NCBI GenBank assembly: GCA_023246655.1
Contig: JAHFHX010000004.1
Span: 2,762 to 66,761 of the forward strand
DNA length: 64,000 nt
Direction: 5' to 3'
Source of the DNA: Candidatus Magasanikiibacteriota bacterium
GTDB lineage: Bacteria; Patescibacteriota; Patescibacteriia; Magasanikbacterales; GWA2-37-8
Translations under genes and position numbers: made by a program
Part shown: positions 37,989 through 47,399 of the stretch, in pieces
How positions within the stretch are numbered: position 1 is the stretch's first letter
Layout: each line of letters starts with the position of its first letter
Notes under the pieces: generated by a model
What the model saw: only the letters and a program-made list of their open reading frames with translations
Database searches by the model: none
Told to the model about the DNA's origin: nothing

Positions 37989-38055
37989 AAGTGTTTTTTG
38001 GCTAAAATGAAAGAGGTTAATTAGCATAACTTGTGAATTAGAACTTTGAAATTTT

Positions 38056-38508
38056 TTAACTTTGTTTCTTCAGTGGATGCAATTGTGCGGCGATGCTAAA
38101 AGCCAGGGCAATAATGACCAGATTTTTAATAATATATTGACCTTCCAGTGTTGGTACCAGAAATTTTTGCCAGGTGATAGCAGGAAGCAGAATGAGCGGT
38201 AGGATGGTGGTGATCATGTGCGGAACTAACAGCGCAATAGCAGCGCGTTCGGCTCGCGGAATAATAAAGAGTACGCCAATGATCATTTCATAAATACCAA
38301 AACCAATGATAAAAGAGTGGAATGTAAGAAAAGGCATTGTTTTGTCCAGCAACTCCGAGACGAGTGGATTGGCTGGACTGGCGCTGATAATTTTAAGTGC
38401 GCCAAACCAGAAGAAAACAATAAATAACGCCGCCCGAGCCAGCGCAGGGCTTATTTTTTTAAAAAACTCAATGAGGGTGCGGTCGGTGGTGGGGAGGGAC
38501 TCAATCAT
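38056..38508 (-). CDS. DoxX/YkgB-like membrane protein
   Basis: R.AL..VFFWFG.LK...SPA; LEGQYIIKN. Confidence 0.8.
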   Translation of the reverse strand: MIESLPTTDRTLIEFFKKISPALARAALFIVFFWFGALKIISASPANPLVSELLDKTMPFLTFHSFIIGFGIYEMIIGVLFIIPRAERAAIALLVPHMITTILPLILLPAITWQKFLVPTLEGQYIIKNLVIIALAFSIAAQLHPLKKQS

Positions 38509-38654
38509 ATTAATGGTTTAAGAAGCGGAATAACTTAGTATGAGTTAAGTTATTAAAGAATTATAATCTTTTTTTGGTTACCTGCCAAGCAATTGACGGA
38601 AGCTATTAGCTATGGTACATTGTAGCCTCACAAACCCGAAGGAGGAAGAAAAAG

Positions 38655-38978
38655 ATGGGCGAAATCACCATCGCTTTTTTTCAGACCAAGCAGGGAATCA
38701 AAGAGTCGGCTATGTTTTTTGGCCGGCTCAACCGGATGCAGGTGCAGAGGCGCCTGGAGGAAGTTGGCCGCGAGATTGCGCGGTTCGAGGCCTTCAACCT
38801 CGATCTCCTCAACGGCGGCAGCCTGCCGCAGGCCCTGCGGTTCATCCTGAACCCCATCATCGGCATGGACACGCAGCGGCGGCGGTCCCTGGAGCACAGG
38901 CTCTCCTTTGCCCTGCAGGCGGTGCTGCGCGCTACCCCGGAATGGTGGTGGCAGTACGCCGGGCCCCGGCGGCGCTAG
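38655..38978 (+). CDS. GC-rich hypothetical protein
   Basis: SD AAGGAGG; GC-ending codons; 3' hairpin CCGCTGCGCGACT...AGTCGCGCAGCGG. Confidence 0.65.
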   Translation: MGEITIAFFQTKQGIKESAMFFGRLNRMQVQRRLEEVGREIARFEAFNLDLLNGGSLPQALRFILNPIIGMDTQRRRSLEHRLSFALQAVLRATPEWWWQYAGPRRR

Positions 38979-39052
38979 CGGGGCAACCGGGGCAACGGCA
39001 ACCGCTGCGCGACTAGCAGACGTCAAGTCGCGCAGCGGCCCTTCATACTTAA

Positions 39053-39577
39053 TTATTTGGAGTTAAGATAGGCATGGATGATATTGTGAAAGGCAGGAGT
39101 AAATTGCGTGGGATTATTTTTGATATTTTCAAGGAGCTCAGCCCAAGTTATCCATATAGGTGGTTCTGCAACTTCTTTAGGGTCATGAAAGAATGGTCCA
39201 GGGTAAATTGCTTCATAGAGCGTTAACAGTTCACGGTTATTAGGGAAATCATTTTGAAAGAAGGTAATAATTTTTTTAATTTTGAATTTGGGCAAGTTAT
39301 GATTATAAAAAAGTTCTTCCTGTAGTTCTTTGCGAATACCCTCGTCAGCAGTTTCTCCAGCTAGAATGTGGCCTCCGGCAGCATGTTGCCAGATTCCAGG
39401 ATGTTTGGCCATACGTAAACTACGTCGCTGGATTAACGTTTCATTTCGTGATTTATCCCTAAAAATGAGGATGCTGGCACACTGGTGCAAAAGGCCTTTA
39501 GTATGTACTTCTGTCCAGGTGGCCGTGCCAATTTTAGTACCATTCTTGGCAACGATATCGTAAATTTCATCGGGCAT
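39053..39577 (-). CDS. NUDIX hydrolase (IDI-like)
   Basis: VH..GLLH, QRRS....PG.W....GGH..AGE......EL.EE. Confidence 0.88.
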   Translation of the reverse strand: MPDEIYDIVAKNGTKIGTATWTEVHTKGLLHQCASILIFRDKSRNETLIQRRSLRMAKHPGIWQHAAGGHILAGETADEGIRKELQEELFYNHNLPKFKIKKIITFFQNDFPNNRELLTLYEAIYPGPFFHDPKEVAEPPIWITWAELLENIKNNPTQFTPAFHNIIHAYLNSK

Positions 39578-39733
39578 AATATTAGGGAAATTGGTTCATG
39601 AATCCTCGTTTGTGAGAGACACCCTAACTGATTTTTTCTATCTCAGCAAGTTTATAATTATACCTTCTGAGCCTTTGACTTATACAATTCTATATGTTAT
39701 TTTGGTTACATTATTCACCTAATTTTTAGGAAT

Positions 39734-40357
39734 ATGTTAAAGAGAGAAGGCACAGCGCCTCCACTAGTAGGCGCGGAGGGAGGCCAGGATGGCAAGAAAA
39801 GTTTGGCCCAGTTGGTACATGAATTGCACAGCCTTGTACCAGTTGAGCTGCTTGCTTCCAGTGAGGCCGCTGGGCCGACAGATCGGCTTGACGCTTTGGT
39901 AGAGAAGAACGCAGAGATAGAAACTTTATTAGCAGAGATACTACTGGCAGTACGAAACGAAGCCGCGGTGGCAGCTGATACTAGTAGTTCGGAGCGCACT
40001 TTATTAGATGACAAAATGAGATATATTGGGTTTCTAGAACGATTAGCTGATCTGTATGTTAAAGAACTTGATCGTTTTGGTAGAGCTGGAGAAAAAGATT
40101 TTGAAATGCATCAGTTAAAAACTGATGAGTCCTATGAACTTTTTAAAAATTTATGGGAAGTGCCACTTATTATTAGCCGGATTATTGACAGAATTTATCC
40201 TTCTAAGGAGGTAGGCACGGCTCGCCAGTCTTTAGATTCTCAAACTACCACTAATACTTCTCAGGCTGACTCGACGTTAGATGCTGACATTGGAAAAAGC
40301 ATTTGGATGGTTAGCATCTTAGCACGTAATACGTACGGTACGGTATTGTTAAACTAA
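39734..40357 (+). CDS. Hypothetical protein
   Basis: 207-aa ORF, TATG start, no recognisable motif. Confidence 0.6.
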   Translation: MLKREGTAPPLVGAEGGQDGKKSLAQLVHELHSLVPVELLASSEAAGPTDRLDALVEKNAEIETLLAEILLAVRNEAAVAADTSSSERTLLDDKMRYIGFLERLADLYVKELDRFGRAGEKDFEMHQLKTDESYELFKNLWEVPLIISRIIDRIYPSKEVGTARQSLDSQTTTNTSQADSTLDADIGKSIWMVSILARNTYGTVLLN

Positions 40358-41311
40358 GACAATTGGTTTTCCGTGGTTATTTTCTTCTCGAGCAACTTCA
40401 ATTTTTTTGCGAAACTCTTCATCCACGTCGCTGAGGTGTAGTAATTTTTCTTTTTCAACAAATTCAGGATCCACAAAACGAAATTTTTTATATCTTACTT
40501 CGTTGCTCAGCGGAAAATGACGAAGGGATTTATTTTTGAGAATTTGGAGAACTCGTTCGAGGGTCGGGTTTTTCGATCGGTATATTTTAGTCATAACCCA
40601 GTCATCGTCCTTCCAAAAATCATCAAAAGTGATTATTTTTTCATCCAGGGCTTGGCGTAAAACTTTAGCAAAGAGATACCATCGAGAGATCGACTCAAAT
40701 CCTCCCCAGTGACTTGTTTGTCGCTCGAGAAAATGTTCTGCAAATAGGAGCGCCGTTGTCTTATCATGAAATACTATTTTTCCTCTCCGGGTTGTTATGC
40801 CTATAAGGCAGCGTTCCACAATGGGAGCGGGGAATTCGCGTAGCGCATAATCAACGCGATCGGCGCAGAGCCCAGGAAGTGGTTGTTCGAGCAAGGTAAA
40901 ATTATGATAGTCGCTCATTTGGGTGGCAGTATAACCATATTGTTCAAGAATTTCGGGCAACTCTGAATTGGCAATAATTCGTTCGTGCTGTTCATCCTGG
41001 AAATTTTCCGTCCGACCATCACTTACCACCCAATCCACCGTATGGGAAAAGGCAGTATGGGAAACATCATGGAGTAAGCCGGCAATTTGTTCCGCTTCAC
41101 TCGCTCCGAGTTTCAGTAAAAGGAGCATAACGCCCACCGAGTGCTCAAAGCGGCTAAAACCAGGGAGATGGTAGAATTCATCCGGCATTCCATATTGTCC
41201 AATTCCTTTTAATCGTTGTAGCGTCGGTGTTCCGAGGAGTGCAATAATAGTTGGTGAGGCAAGGGTGAACGTACCATAGATTCTATCTGTAATGGTGAGT
41301 GGAGGAGACAT
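40349..41311 (-). CDS. HD-domain phosphohydrolase
   Basis: LQRLKGIGQ, SRFEHSVG, LLHDVSHTAFSH, ADRVDY. Confidence 0.92.
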   Translation of the reverse strand: MSPPLTITDRIYGTFTLASPTIIALLGTPTLQRLKGIGQYGMPDEFYHLPGFSRFEHSVGVMLLLLKLGASEAEQIAGLLHDVSHTAFSHTVDWVVSDGRTENFQDEQHERIIANSELPEILEQYGYTATQMSDYHNFTLLEQPLPGLCADRVDYALREFPAPIVERCLIGITTRRGKIVFHDKTTALLFAEHFLERQTSHWGGFESISRWYLFAKVLRQALDEKIITFDDFWKDDDWVMTKIYRSKNPTLERVLQILKNKSLRHFPLSNEVRYKKFRFVDPEFVEKEKLLHLSDVDEEFRKKIEVAREENNHGKPIVLV

Positions 41312-41337
41312 AGTATAATCTTCTCTCTAAAATTAGA

Positions 41338-41757
41338 TTATGATAATAAATATAATCCAGTTGCCTCATCCGGTTTTCGCTCGATAGATTTTTTAAATAT
41401 CTGCACGGTTATTTCGCAGGTGGCAGAAACAATTAATTTTTTTACGTGTCCACCACGCACTGCCAGAGTGCTAGTACCAAAGCTGCCATGCAGATGAATC
41501 ATTGGTTTATTATTAAGAATAGCGATATTACCCAGGAGGCTCACGATTTCTAAGTCTTCCTTAAACTGATGATCTTCATAGGTTTTTGTTTCCAGATTAT
41601 AATACGCCAGTATTACTTCAGCCGCCGCGCCAATTCCAAAAATGCTGCCCGCGCCAATATTGTTGGTAACGCACCAAGTAGTAAGGGTTTCCAATACTTC
41701 TTCACCGCGGTCGCAGCGGAGGAGGCAGACGTTTTCTTCATGCGTAATTATTTTCAT
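41338..41757 (-). CDS. DUF296 / PPC domain protein
   Basis: GIGA, EIVSLLGN, HLH...G, GGH. Confidence 0.9.
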   Translation of the reverse strand: MKIITHEENVCLLRCDRGEEVLETLTTWCVTNNIGAGSIFGIGAAAEVILAYYNLETKTYEDHQFKEDLEIVSLLGNIAILNNKPMIHLHGSFGTSTLAVRGGHVKKLIVSATCEITVQIFKKSIERKPDEATGLYLLS

Positions 41758-41759
41758 AG

Positions 41760-42239
41760 CTAGAGGGTAATAAAAGTTATTGTATTTTCACAATACGCTA
41801 AAAATTTTTTTACTCCCGCTCGCGGAATCACGAGTGTCGCCGTGTTGGTAAGCGGGTGGGTTTGGATCGCCTCATGTTTCATAATATCCTCGTCTACAAT
41901 AACATTAACTGCATGATGTACGTCGTTGATAAGCGCGAGGAACGTAACTGATCCAGGTGTGATGCCGAGATATTTCATGAGGCGCTCGGGCGAGGCAAAA
42001 CTGAGTTTGGTTTCTCCAACGAGTGCAGCGAGCTTTTTAAGGTCAGCGCGTTTTTCGGCAGCAATGACGACGAGCCAATGTTTGTCGCCGGCACGATTCC
42101 GGAGAAACAAATTTTTGGTTTTGGCACCGGGGATATCTTTACAGATTTTTTCTGATTCGTCTACGGTAAATACTGCTGGGTGATTATAGCGGGTGAAGGG
42201 AATGGAGAGACTTTCTAGAAGGGAGTAGATATTGGGCAT
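41760..42239 (-). CDS. YbaK/ProX (PrdX-like) aminoacyl-tRNA deacylase
   Basis: HPAVFTV, KNLFL, LSFAS, LGITPGSVT, HPL.N.AT. Confidence 0.9.
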   Translation of the reverse strand: MPNIYSLLESLSIPFTRYNHPAVFTVDESEKICKDIPGAKTKNLFLRNRAGDKHWLVVIAAEKRADLKKLAALVGETKLSFASPERLMKYLGITPGSVTFLALINDVHHAVNVIVDEDIMKHEAIQTHPLTNTATLVIPRAGVKKFLAYCENTITFITL

Positions 42240-42240
42240 G

Positions 42241-42573
42241 CTATTTCAATTTAATGAGCGCCGATTTTTTAGCACCATATTTATATTTCATCCATTTGGC
42301 GCTTTCCTCAAGCATCCACTCACCATATTTATTATCCGGGACTAACTGAAAATCAACCGACCATTTTTCGTTTTTTTTAGTTGGTTTAGTTTTGAGGAAT
42401 ATCACAACGTCAATATCTTGCGGTCGTATTTTTGCGGTGGTAAAACTACCGAGCATGTGTACCGAAGCAATGGGGAGAATTTTTTCTAGTTTTTTCATTA
42501 CCCGCTCAAAGTGTTTCCACATTTCTTTACGATATTTTGAGTTTAACAATTCTTTAGGAATGGTTGGCTTCAT
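42241..42573 (-). CDS. Minimal nucleotidyltransferase-like protein
   Basis: GSF......DID motif. Confidence 0.6.
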   Translation of the reverse strand: MKPTIPKELLNSKYRKEMWKHFERVMKKLEKILPIASVHMLGSFTTAKIRPQDIDVVIFLKTKPTKKNEKWSVDFQLVPDNKYGEWMLEESAKWMKYKYGAKKSALIKLK

Positions 42574-42592
42574 AATTTTAATTATTTTATTC

Positions 42593-42632
42593 ATTCCCCT
42601 CCCCAACAAGGGGAGGGGCGCAGGGTGGGGTT
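42593..42632. repeat. Family-B palindrome
   Basis: ATTCCCCTCCCCAACAAGGGGAGGGGCGCAGGGTGGGGTT. Confidence 0.75.
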
Positions 42633-42646
42633 ATCGGGGAATTAAT

Positions 42647-43453
42647 TTACTCCAACGACAACAACCCCCGCTCCAATCGTTTTTTAAAATTCATTTTGAG
42701 AAATAATGTTGCGAAGACGAGATAGACAAAACTAATACTAACGCTCGTTGCTAGTTTCGTCCAGTCGAGTTGTCCAGTTTGGATGACGCCACGCATACCT
42801 TCAAATATGTAGGAAGTGGGGAGGAGGCGGGAGATGGCTTGTGCCCAATGGGGAAGAATTGAGACCGGGTAATAAATTGCGGAGAATGGCGCGAGGATGA
42901 CGCCGAGGGTCCAGGCAAAGGCTTGGAAGCTGGTGCCGTAGCGCAGAATGAGTCCGGCCACAAAAAAGCCAAGCCACCAGCCACACAGGAGGAGCGATAG
43001 GAGAAACGGAATGAGGTAGAATCCGTAGACAAAAATTTTTACCTGGTAGAGGAGAAAGGCAAAAGAGCTGGCGACAGCGGCCGTGATAGTTATTTTAATG
43101 AGGCCAAGGCACAGAAACCCGGCGATCCATTCGGAGAATCTAAGGGGCGAGCAGAAAAAGTTGAGCAGGCTTTTGTTCCAGAGCTCCTCGAGAGTGTCCA
43201 TAGGAATTTCCATTTGGACGCGGTAGAGAATTTCCCAAAAGATAATGCCGGTGACGGTAGCAAGCACAAATACCGGCGAGCCAAACACAGCGTGTGATTG
43301 TGCTGGGGCGATGGAGGTAAAAAACGTGCTGGTCATGCCCCAGAGCATGAGGTTAACCAGCGGAAATACAAACACCTCAGCCCAACGGTCCAGGTTTTTG
43401 CGCAGAAGATAGAGGAAGCGGAGGATGATAGCGTAGATTCTGGTAGGGTTCAT
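42647..43453 (-). CDS. ABC-2 type transporter permease
   Basis: Six TM helices, SAIYYPVSILP.W, PTSYIFEG.R. Confidence 0.9.
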   Translation of the reverse strand: MNPTRIYAIILRFLYLLRKNLDRWAEVFVFPLVNLMLWGMTSTFFTSIAPAQSHAVFGSPVFVLATVTGIIFWEILYRVQMEIPMDTLEELWNKSLLNFFCSPLRFSEWIAGFLCLGLIKITITAAVASSFAFLLYQVKIFVYGFYLIPFLLSLLLCGWWLGFFVAGLILRYGTSFQAFAWTLGVILAPFSAIYYPVSILPHWAQAISRLLPTSYIFEGMRGVIQTGQLDWTKLATSVSISFVYLVFATLFLKMNFKKRLERGLLSLE

Positions 43454-43456
43454 ATT

Positions 43457-43804
43457 TTATTTTAGATTTGTCATCCCGAGCGAGCCTCGCGGCGACGAGG
43501 GATCCCTGTCCGTTATGTCCCAATACAAATCTTTCCATTTTGGGTTCATACTTTGAATTAATTTAATTTTTTTCTCTCGTCGCCAGGCTTTTATTTCTTT
43601 CTCACGATAGATGGCCTGTTTAATACCATTGTAATGTTCATAATAAACAGGTTTTTTGGTTTTATATTTTTTACTGAAACCACCACCTACCTCATCTTTG
43701 TGTTGTTCGACGCGTTCAATTAAATCATTGGTTACACCAACGTAGATCACATAACTAATACTCGCCATAATGTACGTGTAGAAATTGTAGTGTAATCGCG
43801 GCAT
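43457..43804 (-). CDS. Stand-alone GIY-YIG nuclease
   Basis: YTYIMAS..VIYVGVTNDL..R..QHK, VYYE, AI.REK.IK.W.R.KK..LI...NP.W.DL; C-terminus encoded by the repeat. Confidence 0.93.
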   Translation of the reverse strand: MPRLHYNFYTYIMASISYVIYVGVTNDLIERVEQHKDEVGGGFSKKYKTKKPVYYEHYNGIKQAIYREKEIKAWRREKKIKLIQSMNPKWKDLYWDITDRDPSSPRGSLGMTNLK

Positions 43805-43917
43805 AGCGGTTGATTGGACAGAGATTCCTCAGTCGCGCGAGTTTCTTCGGAATGACAGTTGGGTGGTCTTGATTGAGACAGAGATCCCTCACCCCTGCGA
43901 CGGGGATTCGGGATGAC
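43470..43917. mobile_element. Putative autonomous family-A element: left half, GIY-YIG gene, right half, then an extra right half
   Basis: Left 43470-43513 GTCATCCCGAGCG...GGGATCCCTGTCCGT; right 43808-43856 GGTTGATTGGACAGAGATTCC...GGAATGAC; second right half 43869-43917. Confidence 0.7.
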
Positions 43918-43919
43918 AA

Positions 43920-44831
43920 TTACGGTTTAGTTTGTACTGTCTGCAAGAAATAATCTTCCAAACTCGGTTTCGCAATGCTAATTTCGGAATAGGCGATTCC
44001 AGTTTCGGCGAGGGATTGGAGAAATTGGGCAATAGATTTTTCGGAAACATCAACGGTGATGTATTTGCCGTCAGCGTGATGCGGGAGGTTACTTTGAGCG
44101 CAGTAGGAAAGTAGGCCGGTAGGATTGTAGGCGAGTAGGGTGATGTGGGCCACTTCGATTGAGCGCGCGAGGTTTTGGGGTGTGTCGTCGGCGATGAGCT
44201 TGCCGTGGTTGATGAAGATGACGCGATCGCAGATTTCTTCTACCTCACTCATATTATGGGAAGTGATAATGATGGAAACATTAAATTCTTGGCGTTGGGT
44301 TTCTAGAAATTCGCGGATATATTGAGCAACATCGGGGTCGAGTGAGGCGGTGGGTTCGTCGAGCAGTAAGACACGGGGGAAATTAAGCATGGCCTTGGCC
44401 AGGCCGACGCGGGTTTTTTGCCCGGCCGAGAGACGACCGAATTTTACGTTTAGTAATTCGGTGAGATTAAAAATATCGATAATTTTTTCCAAGCGTTTTT
44501 TGCGATCGGAAATTTTGTAGAGATAAGAAATGAACGTGAGATTTTCTTTGACCGTGAGAAGCTCCGGGAGACCAACGTAAGTGGAAGAAAAATTTACCTG
44601 CTCGAGAATTTCTTCGCGAGAGTTAAAAAAATTTTTACCAAAATAATTAATTTCACCACTGGTCGGTGTCAGCACTCCTAAAAGCATTTGGAGTGTTGTC
44701 GTCTTTCCGGCTCCGTTGGGTCCAAGCAAACCTAAAATTTCTCCTTCATTTAAACAGAAGGAGATGTTGTCGACGGCAACAAATCGGGCGGGAAATTTTT
44801 TTGTTAGGTTGGAGATGGAGAGGATAGGCAT
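43920..44831 (-). CDS. ABC transporter ATP-binding protein
   Basis: GPNGAGKTT, LSAGQ, LLLDEPT. Confidence 0.95.
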   Translation of the reverse strand: MPILSISNLTKKFPARFVAVDNISFCLNEGEILGLLGPNGAGKTTTLQMLLGVLTPTSGEINYFGKNFFNSREEILEQVNFSSTYVGLPELLTVKENLTFISYLYKISDRKKRLEKIIDIFNLTELLNVKFGRLSAGQKTRVGLAKAMLNFPRVLLLDEPTASLDPDVAQYIREFLETQRQEFNVSIIITSHNMSEVEEICDRVIFINHGKLIADDTPQNLARSIEVAHITLLAYNPTGLLSYCAQSNLPHHADGKYITVDVSEKSIAQFLQSLAETGIAYSEISIAKPSLEDYFLQTVQTKP

Positions 44832-44835
44832 GATT

Positions 44836-45420
44836 TTATCCAAATAGTTTTTTGTAAAGAGCCTGTTTCTTCTTGGCATCAAAATAGGCATAGAGCAAGT
44901 CGGTGCGCAGGCGGCCTTCGCGGAAGTTTTCGTTATGGCAGAGATTGATAAAGTCATCAAAAGGGATAAGGTTAGTAGTAATTTTTTCGCCAGCATCCAG
45001 CTGGGGTGGCTGCACATAGACGCAGTGGCGGGCAATATAGGTATGGACAGTCCACACTATTTTCATGTGGGGGTTAGTTTGTTTCCACAAAAACCAATCG
45101 GCCGTGCGGTAACCAGTCTCTTCTAAAAGCTCTCGCTCTGCTGCTGCCCGAGGCTCTTCACCTTTATCTACGCGGCCGCCTGGCAGTGATAAAAAGGGCG
45201 CTTCACCAGGTTGCTCTTGCTCTTGTAGCATAATTTTATCTCCTACCAATGCAATAATTTGTATCGTGTCGGGGCGTTTGAGCTTTTCAAAAGTTTCGGT
45301 AGTGCCATCGAACATTTTTTGTTGCCATTGATACACATCAAAAATGGTACCCGTGAAGACACATTGAGCTTGGGGAGGAAGTTTCGGTGGTTTGTTTGCC
45401 GTTAGCTCTTTTTTATTCAT
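44836..45420 (-). CDS. NUDIX hydrolase (ADP-ribose pyrophosphatase-like)
   Basis: LPGGRVDKGEEPRAAAERELLEETG. Confidence 0.92.
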   Translation of the reverse strand: MNKKELTANKPPKLPPQAQCVFTGTIFDVYQWQQKMFDGTTETFEKLKRPDTIQIIALVGDKIMLQEQEQPGEAPFLSLPGGRVDKGEEPRAAAERELLEETGYRTADWFLWKQTNPHMKIVWTVHTYIARHCVYVQPPQLDAGEKITTNLIPFDDFINLCHNENFREGRLRTDLLYAYFDAKKKQALYKKLFG

Positions 45421-45430
45421 ACAGCCTAGT

Positions 45431-46732
45431 TTAATTTAACAATTGTTGTTGTACAATTTGTTCGTTTGCTGGAAGCAACAGAACATGTTTCTTCTTTTTA
45501 AGAACCTGTTTGAGTGCTGAGGGCAGAGAAATTTTTTGGTGGAGGATAGGTTCGAGCGTGTCTTTAAATTTTGCCGGGTGAGCCGTACTCAAAACCACGA
45601 TAGGATGACTAGTGCCACGCTGTTTTTGATAATGCCAGGCGGCCGCAATACCAACAGCCGTGTGTGGATCAATAGTATAGTTGTAATGCTGGTATATTTT
45701 TTTAATGGTCTGCTTTGTTAAAGCCTCGGAAATGCTCGTGCCGATGATATCGCGGCGTATAGCCAGCAGACTGTGTTTATAGAGTTCTACTAGGCGCGCA
45801 AAATTACTTGGATTCCCCACGTCCATGGCATTGGAGATAGTTTGGTGTGAAGGCCTTGGTTTAAATTTTCCGGTTTTGAGAAATTGTGGCACTACATTGT
45901 TACGATTAGTGGCAGCAATAAATTGTTTAATTGGTAAGCCCATTTTTTTAGCCATCAGGCCAGCTACGAGATTACCAAAATTGCCGCTGGGCACTACAAC
46001 CACTGGTGACTCAAAAATTCCAAGGCGGTGCAGTTCAGCAATGGCATGAAAATAATAAAATGACTGGGGCAGCAGGCGCCCAAAGTTAATAGAATTAGCA
46101 GACGAAAGATTTTTTTTAGTTTGTAACTTTGGGTTATTGAGCAGTGCTTTGGCCAGTCGCTGACAATCATCAAATGATCCTTTAATGGCGAACGCGTGAA
46201 TGTTGTTGCCATAAGTAGTAAGTTGTTGTTCTTGGAGGCGACTGACGCGTTTGTGAGGGTAGAGAATATATACGTGCACTCCGGGGACTTTATAAAAACC
46301 ACTGGCTACAGCGCTGCCGGTGTCGCCGGAAGTGGCTACAATAATATTGATGGTTTGGTTAGTCTGTTGTAAATAATAGCTGAGGAGTCGTGCGAGGAAG
46401 CGGGCGCCAACATCTTTGAAGGCGAGGGTGGGGCCGTGAAATAATTCAAGTACGAACAGATTTTTGTCGAGTTGACGGAGAGGGATGGGGAAGTTGAGGG
46501 AATCCTGAAGAATGGACTTAAGTTTGACTGTGGGAATTCCTGCTAAAAATTCTCGGGCGATTGTATGTCCGATGTCTATCAGCGATTGTTTATCAAGCGC
46601 TTTTAAAAATTTTTTAGAGAGTGTTGGAATTTTTGCGGGTATGAACAAACCTCCATCTGGCGCCAAGCCGCGGGTGAGTACGGTGAGAAGATCAGTTGGT
46701 GATATTGTATGATTGGTGCTGTAAAATTTCAT
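45431..46732 (-). CDS. thrC: Threonine synthase
   Basis: GLAPDGGLF, ELFHGPTLAFKD, ATSGDTG, PSGNFGN, TAHPAKF. Confidence 0.97.
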   Translation of the reverse strand: MKFYSTNHTISPTDLLTVLTRGLAPDGGLFIPAKIPTLSKKFLKALDKQSLIDIGHTIAREFLAGIPTVKLKSILQDSLNFPIPLRQLDKNLFVLELFHGPTLAFKDVGARFLARLLSYYLQQTNQTINIIVATSGDTGSAVASGFYKVPGVHVYILYPHKRVSRLQEQQLTTYGNNIHAFAIKGSFDDCQRLAKALLNNPKLQTKKNLSSANSINFGRLLPQSFYYFHAIAELHRLGIFESPVVVVPSGNFGNLVAGLMAKKMGLPIKQFIAATNRNNVVPQFLKTGKFKPRPSHQTISNAMDVGNPSNFARLVELYKHSLLAIRRDIIGTSISEALTKQTIKKIYQHYNYTIDPHTAVGIAAAWHYQKQRGTSHPIVVLSTAHPAKFKDTLEPILHQKISLPSALKQVLKKKKHVLLLPANEQIVQQQLLN

Positions 46733-47226
46733 ACGTGACGTAGTACTCTTTCAACAATAGTAGTAATGTCTAAATCGAGGCAGGGAATAATGTGGTGCGC
46801 GTAGCGCTCGTACACTGGCGTGCGCTCAGTGTAGAGACCAACATATCCTTTCTCTTTAAAGTCCACAATGCCGCGGCTGTTGTCGGCGTTATTGCCTAAG
46901 CGTCGTTGTATTTCGGTAAGGGGGAGTTCCAAGTATATAATTTTCGATTCGTGTTTTATTTTTTCCATCGCCTCTTGCGAATATATAATACTCCCGCCTG
47001 GCGAGAAGACCAAATTAGTAAAGGGTAGCTCTACGGTGAGATCATTTTCTAGTTTAAGGAGCGCTTCTTGGCCTTGTTCGTCAAGAATTTTATCATGACT
47101 GACGCTGGTTTTTTCTAAAATTAAAATATCAAGATCGACAAAGTTCCAGCCGAGTTGATGAGCAATCAATTTTCCGATTGTTGATTTGCCGGAACCCGGC
47201 ATGCCGATGAGGGTGAGGGCGGACAT
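46729..47226 (-). CDS. Shikimate-kinase-fold kinase at the thrB position (putative homoserine kinase)
   Basis: LIGMPGSGKSTIG, FVDLD, SPGGS, R.P.Y; overlaps the thrC start. Confidence 0.8.
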   Translation of the reverse strand: MSALTLIGMPGSGKSTIGKLIAHQLGWNFVDLDILILEKTSVSHDKILDEQGQEALLKLENDLTVELPFTNLVFSPGGSIIYSQEAMEKIKHESKIIYLELPLTEIQRRLGNNADNSRGIVDFKEKGYVGLYTERTPVYERYAHHIIPCLDLDITTIVERVLRHV

Positions 47227-47255
47227 AGAGTTAGGATGGTAGGACAAGAGTCGTA

Positions 47256-47391
47256 TTCCCCGCTTGAGCGGGGTGGTCGCCTCAAGGCGACCGAGGTGTG
47301 TGAGGCCGGTGAGCGGGCGATTCGTCAATGGATGCGATTTTATTGCCCCCGGCGGCTCACACCCCCCTACCCCCCCCCTCACAGGGGGGAG
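47256..47391. repeat. Family-B inverted pair without a gene
   Basis: TTCCCCGCTTGAGCGGGG...GGTGTGTGAG / CTCACACCCCCC...CCCCCTCACAGGGGGGA. Confidence 0.8.
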
Positions 47392-47399
47392 TTGAATAT

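Noticed and set aside
37827-38027. 66-aa ORF
   Set aside because: It is a translation of the family-A repeat element.
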